Assembly: GCA_018262715.1 (NCBI GenBank)
Contig: JADFDS010000041.1
Location: 5,697 to 69,696, forward strand
Direction: 5' to 3'
From: Bacteroidota bacterium
GTDB lineage: Bacteria; Bacteroidota; Bacteroidia; Bacteroidales; VadinHA17
Length of the DNA: 64,000 nt
How positions within the stretch are numbered: position 1 is the first letter of the stretch; each line of letters begins with the position of its first letter. Shown piece by piece: positions 20,091-31,727 of the stretch. A model generated the notes under the pieces. That model did no database searches. It was not told the DNA's origin and saw nothing but the letters and a program-made list of their open reading frames with translations. The position numbers and the translations under genes were made by a program.

Positions 20091-20091
20091 A

Positions 20092-20289
20092 CTACAGATC
20101 CTTGATTATTTCCTTAGCTATGAGCACATTATCACGATGGACAAAAATCTCGATCTCACCTATCCTGTATATGCTGTCACGTTTGTCTATCGCCACTGCA
20201 TCCACACCGTTTGTCAGCAGCCTTTCAACGGCAATCTGGCTTCTGACATCATCGGTGAAGCCTGCTATGACAACCCACTCATTCTCCAT
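20092..20289 (-). CDS. DUF2007-like small protein (putative signal-transducing fold)
   Basis: [38 protein letters not shown].. resembles DUF2007. I chose the start at 20289. The longer listed ORF (to 20499) would run far into ftsH in another frame. The ATG overlaps the ftsH stop by 11 nt. Confidence 0.5.
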   Translation of the reverse strand: MENEWVVIAGFTDDVRSQIAVERLLTNGVDAVAIDKRDSIYRIGEIEIFVHRDNVLIAKEIIKDL

Positions 20290-22354
20290 TACCGGGACCT
20301 GGGACTTCAGTGGCGGGAGCGGCAGGGGCTTCAGCCTCCCGGGCCGGTGAACCGGCAACACCGCTTTCTCCTGCCGATGAACCTGCTGTGGAAGCTTCCG
20401 CTGCTGCAGCCTCGGCATGCTTTTCACCACGGCGCTTGCCGAAGATCCGCTCAAGGTCCTCACTGAAGATGACCTCCTTCTCAAGCAACTGCTCGGCAAG
20501 CTGGGTCAACCCGGCTATATTGGACGCGATGACCTCTTTAGCCTTCAGGTATGACTCCTCGACGATTTTCTTTGCCTCGCTGTCAATCAGCTCGGCTGTC
20601 TTCTCGCTGTATGGCTTGGTGAAGCCGTACTCACTCTGGCCGGAGGAGTCGTAGAAGCTGATGTTGCCAACCTCATCAGACATGCCGAAGTAAGCCACCA
20701 TGGCGTATGCCTGCTTGGTAACCTTCTCCAGGTCACTCAGTGCGCCGGTTGATATTTTTCCTATGACCAGCTCCTCGGCGGCTCTACCGCCAAGGGCATA
20801 AGCCAGTTCGTCAAGTATGTGCTCACGTGTTGAGATAGACCTCTCCTCGGGCAGGTACCACGCTGCACCCAGCGCTTTGCCCCTGGGGATGATGGTCACC
20901 TTGAGCAGCGGGCTGGCGTGTTCGAGGAGCCAGCTTACAGTCGCATGACCGGCCTCATGGTAGGCAATGGTCTTCTTCTCATCCATGGAGATGATCTTGT
21001 TCTTTTTCTCCAGTCCTCCTATGATACGGTCAATGGCATCAAGGAAATCCTGCTTCTGCACCATGGTCTTGTTTCCCCTGGCAGCTATAAGCGCAGCCTC
21101 ATTGCACACGTTGGCAATGTCAGCGCCGGAGAATCCCGGAGTCTGCTTGGCCAGGAAGGCTATGTCAAATCCCTCCTCGAGCTTGATCGGGCGGAGATGC
21201 ACCTTGAAAATGGCCTCCCGTTCCTTCAGGTCGGGAAGCTCCACGTGTATCTGCCGGTCAAAACGGCCTGCCCTGAGCAGTGCCTTGTCAAGGATATCGG
21301 CCCTGTTTGTGGCTGCAAGGATGATCACTCCGCTGTTGGTGCCGAACCCGTCCATCTCGGTGAGGAGCTGGTTAAGGGTGTTCTCCCGCTCATCATTGGC
21401 GCCGAAATTCGGGTTGCGTCCACGGGCACGCCCCACGGCGTCAATCTCATCAATGAAGACAATACAGGGAGCCTTCTCCTTGGCCTGCTTGAACAGGTCC
21501 CTTACCCTCGAGGCGCCCACTCCAACGAACATTTCCACAAAGTCAGACCCTGAGATGGAGAAGAAAGGGACGTTGGCTTCACCGGCAACAGCCTTGGCCA
21601 GCAGTGTCTTTCCCGTTCCGGGAGGGCCGACAAGCAATGCTCCCTTGGGTATTTTGCCACCCAGGGATGTGTATTTCTTCGGGTTCTTGAGAAAGTCAAC
21701 TATCTCCATAACCTCTGTCTTGGCCTCCTCGAGGCCTGCCACGTCATTGAAGTTGATCTTGATATGGGTATCCTTGTCAAATATCTGGGCTTTCGATTTC
21801 CCGACGCTGAATATGTTCCCGGCGCCGCCACCGGCACCGGCAGACATGCGGCGCATGAAATAGATCCAGACAGCGGCTATCAATATGAACGGAAGTATGA
21901 CCCCAAGGAACGTTCCCAGGTAGTCCTTCCTCTTCTGGTAATCGAGATATATGCGCTGATCATCTGTATATCCGGCCTTGTCCTGTGCCTCATTGAAGAA
22001 ATTCTGGAAAAGCTCCACAGTGCCGAAGGTATGATAGAAATGGGGTTTGGGTGGCTGCAGGCCGAAGCTGCGATGTTCCGTAAAATCTGGATAACGGCCG
22101 CTCTTCAGCGAGTCAGGGAACAGATATATCTCCGCCTGCTCCTCGTTGATTATGATCACCTTTTCAATGTCATGGTGCATGACCATCTCCTCTATCTCCC
22201 TCTGGCCCGCCTTCTGTGTATACTTGCCTGAGGTAAGGACCTGGAAAACGATGAATGTCAGCAACAGGATTGCAAACAGCCAGCTGGAATTAAACCACGA
22301 CTTGCCGTTACTCTTTTCATTCTTGTTTGACTTCGGAGTATTGCTCTCTGCCAT
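20279..22354 (-). CDS. ftsH: ATP-dependent zinc metalloprotease FtsH
   Basis: Walker [17 protein letters not shown] region, zinc motif HEAGHA. Has an Ala/Pro-rich C-terminal tail. Confidence 0.95.
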   Translation of the reverse strand: MAESNTPKSNKNEKSNGKSWFNSSWLFAILLLTFIVFQVLTSGKYTQKAGQREIEEMVMHHDIEKVIIINEEQAEIYLFPDSLKSGRYPDFTEHRSFGLQPPKPHFYHTFGTVELFQNFFNEAQDKAGYTDDQRIYLDYQKRKDYLGTFLGVILPFILIAAVWIYFMRRMSAGAGGGAGNIFSVGKSKAQIFDKDTHIKINFNDVAGLEEAKTEVMEIVDFLKNPKKYTSLGGKIPKGALLVGPPGTGKTLLAKAVAGEANVPFFSISGSDFVEMFVGVGASRVRDLFKQAKEKAPCIVFIDEIDAVGRARGRNPNFGANDERENTLNQLLTEMDGFGTNSGVIILAATNRADILDKALLRAGRFDRQIHVELPDLKEREAIFKVHLRPIKLEEGFDIAFLAKQTPGFSGADIANVCNEAALIAARGNKTMVQKQDFLDAIDRIIGGLEKKNKIISMDEKKTIAYHEAGHATVSWLLEHASPLLKVTIIPRGKALGAAWYLPEERSISTREHILDELAYALGGRAAEELVIGKISTGALSDLEKVTKQAYAMVAYFGMSDEVGNISFYDSSGQSEYGFTKPYSEKTAELIDSEAKKIVEESYLKAKEVIASNIAGLTQLAEQLLEKEVIFSEDLERIFGKRRGEKHAEAAAAEASTAGSSAGESGVAGSPAREAEAPAAPATEVPGPGNGE

Positions 22355-22362
22355 AGTATAAA

Positions 22363-22749
22363 TTAACCTTTCTTTTCCATGTTGTCATCGAGATACGTTA
22401 TGCGGCCGTCTGCCCACAACGACTCGAGGTCATAAAATTCCCTGTAAGGCTTCTGGAAGATATGCACGAGAATATCGCCGTAGTCGAGCAGGACCCATAT
22501 GCAGTTTTCCCTGCCCTCGATGTGGTAGGGTTTTACCCCTGTTTCCTTTCTGACCACATCCTCCACTGACCATGCAAGTGAATCAACCTGTCTGGTGGAG
22601 GCGGCGTGACTGATAACGAACCAGTCACAAATCCTGCTTTCAATATTCCTCAGATCAATCAGGGCCACCTTTTCACCCTTTTTCTCCAGCAGACCCCTGA
22701 CAATGCTGTCAGTTACCCCGGTGGCTTCCTTTGTGCCTTTTCTCATCAA
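22363..22749 (-). CDS. rsfS: Ribosome silencing factor RsfS
   Basis: About 125 aa with an RsfS/iojap-like core (DWFVISHAASTRQVDSLA..VLLDYGDILVHIFQ..REFYDLE.LW). Confidence 0.85.
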   Translation of the reverse strand: MMRKGTKEATGVTDSIVRGLLEKKGEKVALIDLRNIESRICDWFVISHAASTRQVDSLAWSVEDVVRKETGVKPYHIEGRENCIWVLLDYGDILVHIFQKPYREFYDLESLWADGRITYLDDNMEKKG

Positions 22750-22786
22750 TAATCTTTTCAGTTATAAACAGTTCTGTAAGCAGACG

Positions 22787-22794
22787 CAAAATTA
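22787..22794 (-). promoter_or_regulatory. Candidate -7 promoter box (TAATTTTG on minus strand) for the rsfS-ftsH operon
   Basis: Exact TAnnTTTG match 38 nt upstream of the rsfS ATG, in an intergenic region. Confidence 0.3.
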
Positions 22795-22916
22795 CGAACA
22801 TTTATCCGTATTTTAGCCCGGCCTTAGCTCTTTTTACAATTTGGGTGCCAATTTGTTCAGAACGGTAATTACTGCCGTTTTCCGTCAGAAAAGCACCCCT
22901 TTGTCAGGTGATTGTC

Positions 22917-23657
22917 ATGATAGTAGGTACATATGTCAGGCACTTTGAGAAAGTGTCATCCACGAATGCAGTTGCAGCTGCCATGCTGAATGAGCAAACT
23001 CCTGCTGAAGGTACGGTGATAACCGCTTCATACCAGGAGAGCGGCAAGGGACAGCCCGGGAACAGTTGGGAGAGCGAGTCCGGCAAGAATTTGATTATGA
23101 GTGTAATACTTTACCCGGTCATGGTCCGGCCAGCCGATCAGTTCATCATTTCAAGGATGGTCTCGCTGGCAGTTTATGACCTGGTATCGAATCATACGCG
23201 GAATGCGAGTATAAAGTGGCCGAATGACATTTATGTGGGTAATGACAAAATTGCAGGCATTCTGATCGAGAACAGCATCATGGGTGACACCCTCGGCAGC
23301 AGTGTATCCGGCATCGGGCTCAATGTAAACCAGGTCGTCTTCAGGAGCGGTGCGCCAAATCCCGTCTCGCTGAAGCAGGTTACAGGCACAACCCATTATC
23401 TCAAAGCTGTGAAAGAGGAGATGATGGCGGCCCTTGACAGGAGGTATGCCATGGTCATCAGAGGAGAAGCCGCCTCGCTTGAAAGTGAATACCAACGGGT
23501 CCTCTACCGGGCCGGAGGATGGCACCGCTATTCAGACGACAGCGGCGAGTTTGAAGGGATGATAGAGAGGGTCATGGCTGACGGTATGCTCTCCGTCAGG
23601 AGAAGAGACGGCACCTGCCGGCTCTATGCGTTCAGGGAGATTGATTACATCCTCTGA
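22917..23657 (+). CDS. birA: Biotin--[acetyl-CoA-carboxylase] ligase
   Basis: VSSTN near the N-terminus, GKGQPGNSWES (a variant of GRGRxGRxW) and KWPNDIYV. ATG at 22917; a GTG at 22908 is an alternative start. Confidence 0.8.
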   Translation: MIVGTYVRHFEKVSSTNAVAAAMLNEQTPAEGTVITASYQESGKGQPGNSWESESGKNLIMSVILYPVMVRPADQFIISRMVSLAVYDLVSNHTRNASIKWPNDIYVGNDKIAGILIENSIMGDTLGSSVSGIGLNVNQVVFRSGAPNPVSLKQVTGTTHYLKAVKEEMMAALDRRYAMVIRGEAASLESEYQRVLYRAGGWHRYSDDSGEFEGMIERVMADGMLSVRRRDGTCRLYAFREIDYIL

Positions 23658-24078
23658 CCCTGTCATACCCGTCGTATGATTCGATGATATCCATCAGCAT
23701 CTCAAGGTATCGTCCCGCCGAATCACCAATGAGCATCCTCAGCAGGGGGTTCATGTTCAGCCCGGTGTCAACGCGCACCGCTGACCTCATCCCGCTGATG
23801 AATTCAATGGTGATCCTCACCTTTATCCTGCCGGTGAGGAACGACTCTGCCTCATAGGATATCTCCGAATGAGGCAATGCTTCCGACAGAGCCACGGTGA
23901 TACGTCCTGCCCCGTCAGTTTTGAAACTGCACCTGTCTTCCGTAGCTTCCCAGTCGGTGACTGATCCGGAAGGAAGTACCGTTTGGAAGTTTCTCATGTC
24001 TGTCAGGAATGCGTAGAGGTCGCTGTCTCCGCACGGGACCTCTCCCCTCCTGCTTGTAAAAGTGGTCATCGGGCTCAT
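23632..24078 (-). CDS. SRPBCC/START-like fold protein (hypothetical)
   Basis: 148 aa with a beta-rich pattern and C-terminal helix resembling polyketide-cyclase/SRPBCC proteins. I recognise no catalytic motif. Confidence 0.35.
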   Translation of the reverse strand: MSPMTTFTSRRGEVPCGDSDLYAFLTDMRNFQTVLPSGSVTDWEATEDRCSFKTDGAGRITVALSEALPHSEISYEAESFLTGRIKVRITIEFISGMRSAVRVDTGLNMNPLLRMLIGDSAGRYLEMLMDIIESYDGYDRVRGCNQSP

Positions 24079-24127
24079 ATCAGGGTCCCTCCTTCTTTCT
24101 TCATAATCAATAATCTGCCCCCTTCTT

Positions 24128-24769
24128 TTACTCCTTCCCTGTTCCCCATGAGGCCGGGTCCTTGCGCCACTCCTTCAGTGTTTCCACGTCGCCGTGGGAA
24201 ATATAACCCGATGCAGCAGCCAGATCAACCAGCATGCTGTAGTTGCTGAGAGTATCGAGTCTGCATCCTTCCGCCCGGAAGGCGTCAACCGCCTTTGCAA
24301 AGCCATAGGTGAAAATGGCAATCATTCCCAGCACCTCACATCCCGCATCGCGGAGGGCCCTGACAGCGCCCAGGCTGCTTCCGCCGGTTGAGATCAGGTC
24401 TTCTATTACAACCACTTTCTGCCCTTTTTCATACCTCCCCTCAATCTGGTTTCCCAGGCCGTGATCCTTGGCGCCTGACCTGACATATACGAAGGGCATT
24501 CCCAGTGCGTCTGCCGCCAGTGCACCGTGCGCAATGGCACCCGTAGCCACTCCGGCTATCAGGTCGGCACCCGGGTAAAGCTCCCTCACCCTGGCGGCAA
24601 AGGAGTCACGGATGAACCCGCGAACCTCCGGAAAGGACAGTGTCATGCGGTTGTCGCAGTAAATGGGCGACTTCCATCCGGAGGCCCATGTAAAAGGTTT
24701 TGCCGGTTGTAATTTTATTGCTTTAATTTGCAGTAGGTATTCTGCGGTTTTTCTGGCTGTTTCGTCCAT
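24128..24769 (-). CDS. pyrE: Orotate phosphoribosyltransferase
   Basis: PRPP-binding motif KVVVIEDLISTGGSS. Start chosen at MDETARKTAEYLLQIKAIKLQP (213 aa, typical length). The listed ORF extends 40 codons further upstream. Confidence 0.88.
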   Translation of the reverse strand: MDETARKTAEYLLQIKAIKLQPAKPFTWASGWKSPIYCDNRMTLSFPEVRGFIRDSFAARVRELYPGADLIAGVATGAIAHGALAADALGMPFVYVRSGAKDHGLGNQIEGRYEKGQKVVVIEDLISTGGSSLGAVRALRDAGCEVLGMIAIFTYGFAKAVDAFRAEGCRLDTLSNYSMLVDLAAASGYISHGDVETLKEWRKDPASWGTGKE

Positions 24770-25387
24770 ATGGTGAAGTATAAGGTATATTTCGACAACA
24801 GGGTTATCACACTCTCCCCCGAGCCTGACAGGGTTCAAAAATACACCCTTTATCATAAATACAACCAGCCGGAGGAACTCTTCACCCAAATATCACAGTT
24901 TGCAGTCAATAATGAAATCCCCTCACTGAATATTTATTCATTGGATATCAACAACCTCTGGAAGGTCTTTTCCTCATGGTTTGTGGTTATTAATGCTGCC
25001 GGAGGCCTGGTGGGGCACCCCTCGGGCCGCTACCTGTTCATTATGAGGTATGGCCGGTGGGACCTCCCGAAGGGTCATATGGAGGAAAATGAGACGCCTG
25101 AAGAGTGCGCCATCAGGGAGGTGACGGAAGAGTGCAACATCCAGGGACACATCATCGAGGGTCCTCTTCCGCCGAGCTACCACACCTATCTCTTTGACAA
25201 CAAACCATATATGAAGAAGACATGGTGGTTCAGGATGAGCTACAGGGGAGAAATGATCACTGACCCTCAGGCATCGGAGGGGATCACCCACGCAGAATGG
25301 CTTGCACCTGACGAGATAGCAAGAATCAAGTCAAACACTTTCCAGTCGCTTCTCGATCTGTTGAATTTTACCCTCAGGGTAAAGTAA
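24770..25387 (+). CDS. NUDIX hydrolase with N-terminal accessory domain
   Basis: Nudix box GHMEENETPEECAIREVTEECNI (G-x5-E-x7-REUxEExGU). Confidence 0.8.
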   Translation: MVKYKVYFDNRVITLSPEPDRVQKYTLYHKYNQPEELFTQISQFAVNNEIPSLNIYSLDINNLWKVFSSWFVVINAAGGLVGHPSGRYLFIMRYGRWDLPKGHMEENETPEECAIREVTEECNIQGHIIEGPLPPSYHTYLFDNKPYMKKTWWFRMSYRGEMITDPQASEGITHAEWLAPDEIARIKSNTFQSLLDLLNFTLRVK

Positions 25388-25482
25388 TCACACCTGTGCC
25401 GTATTGGTTTACCTGTGCAGAACGGCCGGGGCTGTACCGCTGTGTCACCGGGCATGCCGGGAAAGCTGTCAGGCAGGACATA

Positions 25483-25959
25483 CTATTTTCCCAGGTAGTC
25501 TGAAATATTGATCACCGCGGGAACGAACATGGAAACATCGCCGCCGTTCCTGATTATGTCGCGGACTATTGTGGAGTTGATCGGGGTATGCTCAGTGCTG
25601 GTAAGGAGGAACACGGTATCGATCTCCGGAGCCATCTTCCAGTTCATGTGACCCATTGCCCTTTCATATTCAAAGTCAACTGCGGTACGGAGCCCCCTGA
25701 GGATGTACCGTGCTCCGCAACTGCGGCAGAATTCCACCGTAAGGCCGCTGTAGCGGGTAACCTCAATCCTGTTCTCTCCCTCGAATACCCTGGAGATCAT
25801 CTTCATGCGCATCTCTATGCTGAAGAGATTTTTCTTGTCGGCATTCTCCCCTACAGCAATGACTATCCTGTCAAAGAGCTGGAGGCCTCTTTTTACAAGT
25901 GATTCATGACCGACAGTGAAGGGATCAAACGAACCCGGGAAAAGAGCAACTTTATCCAT
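25483..25959 (-). CDS. coaD: Pantetheine-phosphate adenylyltransferase
   Basis: FPGSFDPFTVGHESLV (nucleotidyltransferase HxGH-type motif). 158 aa. Confidence 0.9.
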   Translation of the reverse strand: MDKVALFPGSFDPFTVGHESLVKRGLQLFDRIVIAVGENADKKNLFSIEMRMKMISRVFEGENRIEVTRYSGLTVEFCRSCGARYILRGLRTAVDFEYERAMGHMNWKMAPEIDTVFLLTSTEHTPINSTIVRDIIRNGGDVSMFVPAVINISDYLGK

Positions 25960-25974
25960 GGCCTGATTATGCTG

Positions 25975-28437
<2,463 letters not shown>

Positions 28438-28453
28438 ATGGAGTAAAAGTATG

Positions 28454-28461
28454 CAAATTTA
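28454..28461 (-). promoter_or_regulatory. Candidate -7 promoter box (TAAATTTG on minus strand) for lon
   Basis: Exact TAnnTTTG match 17 nt upstream of the lon ATG. Confidence 0.3.
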
Positions 28462-28523
28462 CTTAATATTACTCTAACTGTGCGGGCATCCGCCGTATCC
28501 GGGGGGCATATGCCATAGACAAA

Positions 28524-28555
28524 CAAAAAAAAAGCCGCCTTGTTTAAGGCAGCCC
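28524..28555 (-). terminator. Rho-independent terminator downstream of rpmE2
   Basis: On the minus strand: GCTGCCTT-aaac-AAGGCGGC hairpin followed by a run of 9 T. Confidence 0.7.
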
Positions 28556-28574
28556 TGTATCATGTGACTATCAG

Positions 28575-28841
28575 TTACTTCGTCTTCTTTGTAAGATGAT
28601 CCTTGTAACGGTTCATGAACTTGTCTACCCTTCCGGCTGTGTCAACAAGCTTCATCTTACCCGTGTAGAAAGGATGTGATGTGTTTGAAATCTCAAGCTT
28701 GATGAGCGGATACTCCTTGCCGTCTTCCCACTTGATGGTATCACGTGATCCGGCCGTTGAACGCGTCATAAAGGTGAATCCGTTTGACATATCCTGAAAT
28801 ACAACCAGCCTGTAATTGTTCGGATGTATACCTTCTTTCAT
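28575..28841 (-). CDS. rpmE2: 50S ribosomal protein L31, type B (no CxxC zinc motif)
   Basis: [16 protein letters not shown] motif. 88 aa. The Cys pairs of type A are absent. Confidence 0.9.
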   Translation of the reverse strand: MKEGIHPNNYRLVVFQDMSNGFTFMTRSTAGSRDTIKWEDGKEYPLIKLEISNTSHPFYTGKMKLVDTAGRVDKFMNRYKDHLTKKTK

Positions 28842-28864
28842 CTCTGATATAATTTATTACTGTT

Positions 28865-28887
28865 TAAAAATCCCTTTTTCAAGGGAG
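28865..28887 (-). terminator. Small hairpin plus T-run downstream of the 28939..30147 gene
   Basis: On the minus strand: TCCCTT-gaaa-AAGGGA followed by TTTTT. Confidence 0.45.
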
Positions 28888-28938
28888 TGCAAAGATAATC
28901 AACAATAAAGAAAATGCAAAAAGAGTATTAAAAAAATT

Positions 28939-30147
28939 TCACTCCTTCTGTCTGGCCTGCCTGGCGGCCCTGTTTTCCTCCATTTCGTCCTTGTACATTT
29001 TAAACGGGAGGGTCTCATCCATCATATATCTCATGGTGAGGTGGGTCTTTGCCTTCGTAGCGCCGATAGCCTCGTAAATTGATATCATCTTCGGATTGAA
29101 ATCTCCCACCCATGAGAGTTCAAGCTCCCTGTAGTACCTCTTCTTTCTGAAGACGCGGAAGAGCTCCAGGAAGATCGCCGATTCGATGCCGGTGTTCTGG
29201 TAAGAGGGGTGTACGCCGGCAACAAGCGCCCTGGCCCTGGTCATCTCATGAGTCATCTTGTACCAGAGGAACCGGATCTTGTTCAGCAATGTCAGGCGGC
29301 CGTTGAAATGCCTTATAATCTGGTTCAGATCCGGGAAAATGATGAAGAATGCCACAGGCCTGTCATTATGGTATGCAAACCAGATCAGCTCGGGATCAAT
29401 AAAGGCACTGGCCTGGTGCAGGGTGTTCTCTATCCTCGCGGGATCAAGCGGGGTGAAGTCCTCCTTGAACACTGCCCATGTGGCGTTGTAGATCTCCACC
29501 ATGTCGGCAGCAAATTTGTCACGCTGTGAAAAGTCAAAATGGCGGTAAGTGTATCCCGGCTTCTTAGAGATCCACTCGGCTATCTTTCTGAACCGTTCGG
29601 GAAAGACTTCCACGGCAGCCACATCCTTATGGTAACTGTATTGCTCGAAGTAGGTCCGGAAACCGTACCCGGTAAAATACTCTTTGTAGTAGGGCTTGTT
29701 GTAAGGCATTCCGAAACCTGGCTGAATGAATCCATCCACCAGGAGACCCCAGTAGTTGTCATTTTCTCCGAAGTTTATGGGGCCGTCCATCGCCTTCATC
29801 CCTCTCTCTGTCAGCCACTGCCGGGCGGTATCGAAGAGGATGAAGGCAGCTTCGCGCGATGCGATGACCTCGAAGAAACCGAGACCTCCCGTGGGCTGCC
29901 TGTTTGCCTTTGAGCGGATCTCATCAATGAATGCTGCCACCCTGCCTATGGTGGTGCCATCATCGTCAGAGAGGATCCAGCGGACTGCCTCGCCGTGCCT
30001 GAAGGCAGCATTGCGTTCATGGTCAAAGACAGCCTCAGTTTCACGGTCAAGGGGACAGACCCAGTTGGGATCTCCCTTGTAGAGCTTTTTCGGAAACTCA
30101 ATGAATTCCTTTCTGAGGAATTCATTGGTAACTTCAGTAATTTTCAT
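28939..30147 (-). CDS. Uncharacterised GNAT-like acyltransferase family protein
   Basis: About 400 aa beginning MKITEVTNEFLRKEFIEFPKKLYKGDPNWVCPL, a pattern I associate with a conserved Bacteroidota family usually annotated as GNAT N-acetyltransferase. The second ATG (30147) avoids overlap with the upstream gene. Confidence 0.45.
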   Translation of the reverse strand: MKITEVTNEFLRKEFIEFPKKLYKGDPNWVCPLDRETEAVFDHERNAAFRHGEAVRWILSDDDGTTIGRVAAFIDEIRSKANRQPTGGLGFFEVIASREAAFILFDTARQWLTERGMKAMDGPINFGENDNYWGLLVDGFIQPGFGMPYNKPYYKEYFTGYGFRTYFEQYSYHKDVAAVEVFPERFRKIAEWISKKPGYTYRHFDFSQRDKFAADMVEIYNATWAVFKEDFTPLDPARIENTLHQASAFIDPELIWFAYHNDRPVAFFIIFPDLNQIIRHFNGRLTLLNKIRFLWYKMTHEMTRARALVAGVHPSYQNTGIESAIFLELFRVFRKKRYYRELELSWVGDFNPKMISIYEAIGATKAKTHLTMRYMMDETLPFKMYKDEMEENRAARQARQKE

Positions 30148-30152
30148 TGTCT

Positions 30153-31640
30153 TCAGGTCTGAAGGTTGAACCACGAGCTGACTCTCTCCATTCCGGCGCC
30201 GGTCTGATCACGGTGGGTGAATTCATTTGTGCGCCTGCAGTATATATAATCATTGCTCCATTCAGTTGCATTGTCCCGGATTTCCGCCAGGGCGGCAATA
30301 ACCGTTTCAAGTTCAGCGGCGGTCATGGTGGGATGTACTGACAGCCTGACCCATCCGGGTTTTTCTGACAGGTCACCCTTGTTGATCATCTCGGTGATCC
30401 GGTGGCTGTGATCATAGGTGACGTCGAGCAGGTAATGGCCGTAGGTGCCTGCACACGCGCATCCTCCCCTGACCTGGATGCCGTAGCGGTCACTCAGCAG
30501 TTTGACCACCAGGTTGTAGTGGAGGCCGTCAATATAAAAGGAGACTGCGCCCAGCCGGTGCCTGATGTCTGATGCCAGGATGTGCAGCCCCGGTATGGCT
30601 GACAGCCCGCTGAAAGTCCTGGCCACGAGCTCTTCCTCGCGGGCCCTTATCTTTGCGGTTCCCATCTGTTCTTTCAGCCTGATTGCAAGTGCAGCCCTTA
30701 TCATCTGCAGAAAGGCCGGGGTACCACCGTCTTCCCTCGACTCGATGTTGTCAACATACTTGTACTCACCCCATGGATTGGTCCAGTCAACCGTGCCTCC
30801 TCCGGGCTGGTCAGGTGCTGATGACTTGTATAATGACTTATCAAACAGCATTATGCCTGATGACCCCGGTCCGCCAAGGAACTTATGTGGTGAAAAGAAA
30901 ATGGCGTCCAGCTTTTCCATGGGGTCATCCGGATGCATGTTCATATCCACATAGGGTGCCGAGGCGGCGAAATCAATGAAGCAGAGTCCCCCGTGCTCAT
31001 GCATGATGCGGGCCAGGGTGTGATAGGGAGTGAAGACTCCTGTTACGTTTGAGCAGGCCGAAAATGATCCTATCTTGAACTTTCTGTCGCTGTACTTTTC
31101 AAGCGCTTTTTTCAGGTTCTCAGGGTCAACGGTGAGATCGCTTCCCGGTTCAATGATTACCACATCGGCAAGGGTCTCGTACCATGAGGTCTGATTCGAA
31201 TGGTGTTCGATATGGGTGATAAAGACCACCGGGCGGTCTGTATCGCCCAGGCAGCGTGCCGTTCTGGGGTAGCTGCAGCCCTTGAGCCCCAGTATCCTCT
31301 GGAATTTGTTTATGACAGCCGTCATGCCGGCTCCTGCGGCAATGAGCACGTCGTCAGGCCCGGCATTCACATGTTTCTTGATTATCTCCTGGGCATGATG
31401 ATATGCCCACGTCATCATCGAGCCTGTTTCGGAGGTTTCGGTATGTGTGTTGCCTACGAAGGGACCGAAAAGATGGCTCATCTTTTCTTCTATCGGTTCG
31501 TAGAGTCTGCCGCTGGCTATCCAGTCACAATAGATGATCTTCTTCTTACCATAAGGAGAGGTGTAATCCTGGTGGATCCCCACAATATTTCTTCTGAATG
31601 TGCCGAAATAATCCTCCAGGCCGCTGTCGTGAAAAGCCAT
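30153..31640 (-). CDS. Aminotransferase class V-fold PLP-dependent enzyme (cysteine desulfurase/selenocysteine lyase-like)
   Basis: PLP-lysine region FFSPHKFLGGPGSSG and HHSN motif. Start chosen at MAFHD (31640) because a TATATTTG -7 box lies 24 nt upstream. The alternatives at 31685 and 31703 lie upstream of that box. Confidence 0.7.
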   Translation of the reverse strand: MAFHDSGLEDYFGTFRRNIVGIHQDYTSPYGKKKIIYCDWIASGRLYEPIEEKMSHLFGPFVGNTHTETSETGSMMTWAYHHAQEIIKKHVNAGPDDVLIAAGAGMTAVINKFQRILGLKGCSYPRTARCLGDTDRPVVFITHIEHHSNQTSWYETLADVVIIEPGSDLTVDPENLKKALEKYSDRKFKIGSFSACSNVTGVFTPYHTLARIMHEHGGLCFIDFAASAPYVDMNMHPDDPMEKLDAIFFSPHKFLGGPGSSGIMLFDKSLYKSSAPDQPGGGTVDWTNPWGEYKYVDNIESREDGGTPAFLQMIRAALAIRLKEQMGTAKIRAREEELVARTFSGLSAIPGLHILASDIRHRLGAVSFYIDGLHYNLVVKLLSDRYGIQVRGGCACAGTYGHYLLDVTYDHSHRITEMINKGDLSEKPGWVRLSVHPTMTAAELETVIAALAEIRDNATEWSNDYIYCRRTNEFTHRDQTGAGMERVSSWFNLQT

Positions 31641-31663
31641 ACTTTTAGGCGTTATATATGTCC

Positions 31664-31671
31664 CAAATATA
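31664..31671 (-). promoter_or_regulatory. Candidate -7 promoter box (TATATTTG on minus strand)
   Basis: Exact TAnnTTTG match 24 nt upstream of the ATG at 31640. Confidence 0.3.
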
Positions 31672-31727
31672 ATTCTTTTTGGCATTATGGAAGAGCCGGG
31701 CACCCTTCCGCAGTTTCCGTAAAGGAA

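Noticed and set aside
20967-21863. 298-aa ORF on the plus strand, antisense to ftsH. Similar long antisense ORFs are 14299..14967 opposite cydA, 51094..51855 opposite the DUF362 gene, and 2285..2815 opposite the MBOAT gene.
   Set aside because: Each lies entirely inside a well-supported gene on the other strand. The translations are low-complexity (Ser/Pro/Arg/Ala-rich) with no motifs. Long antisense frames are expected in GC-moderate, codon-biased genes.
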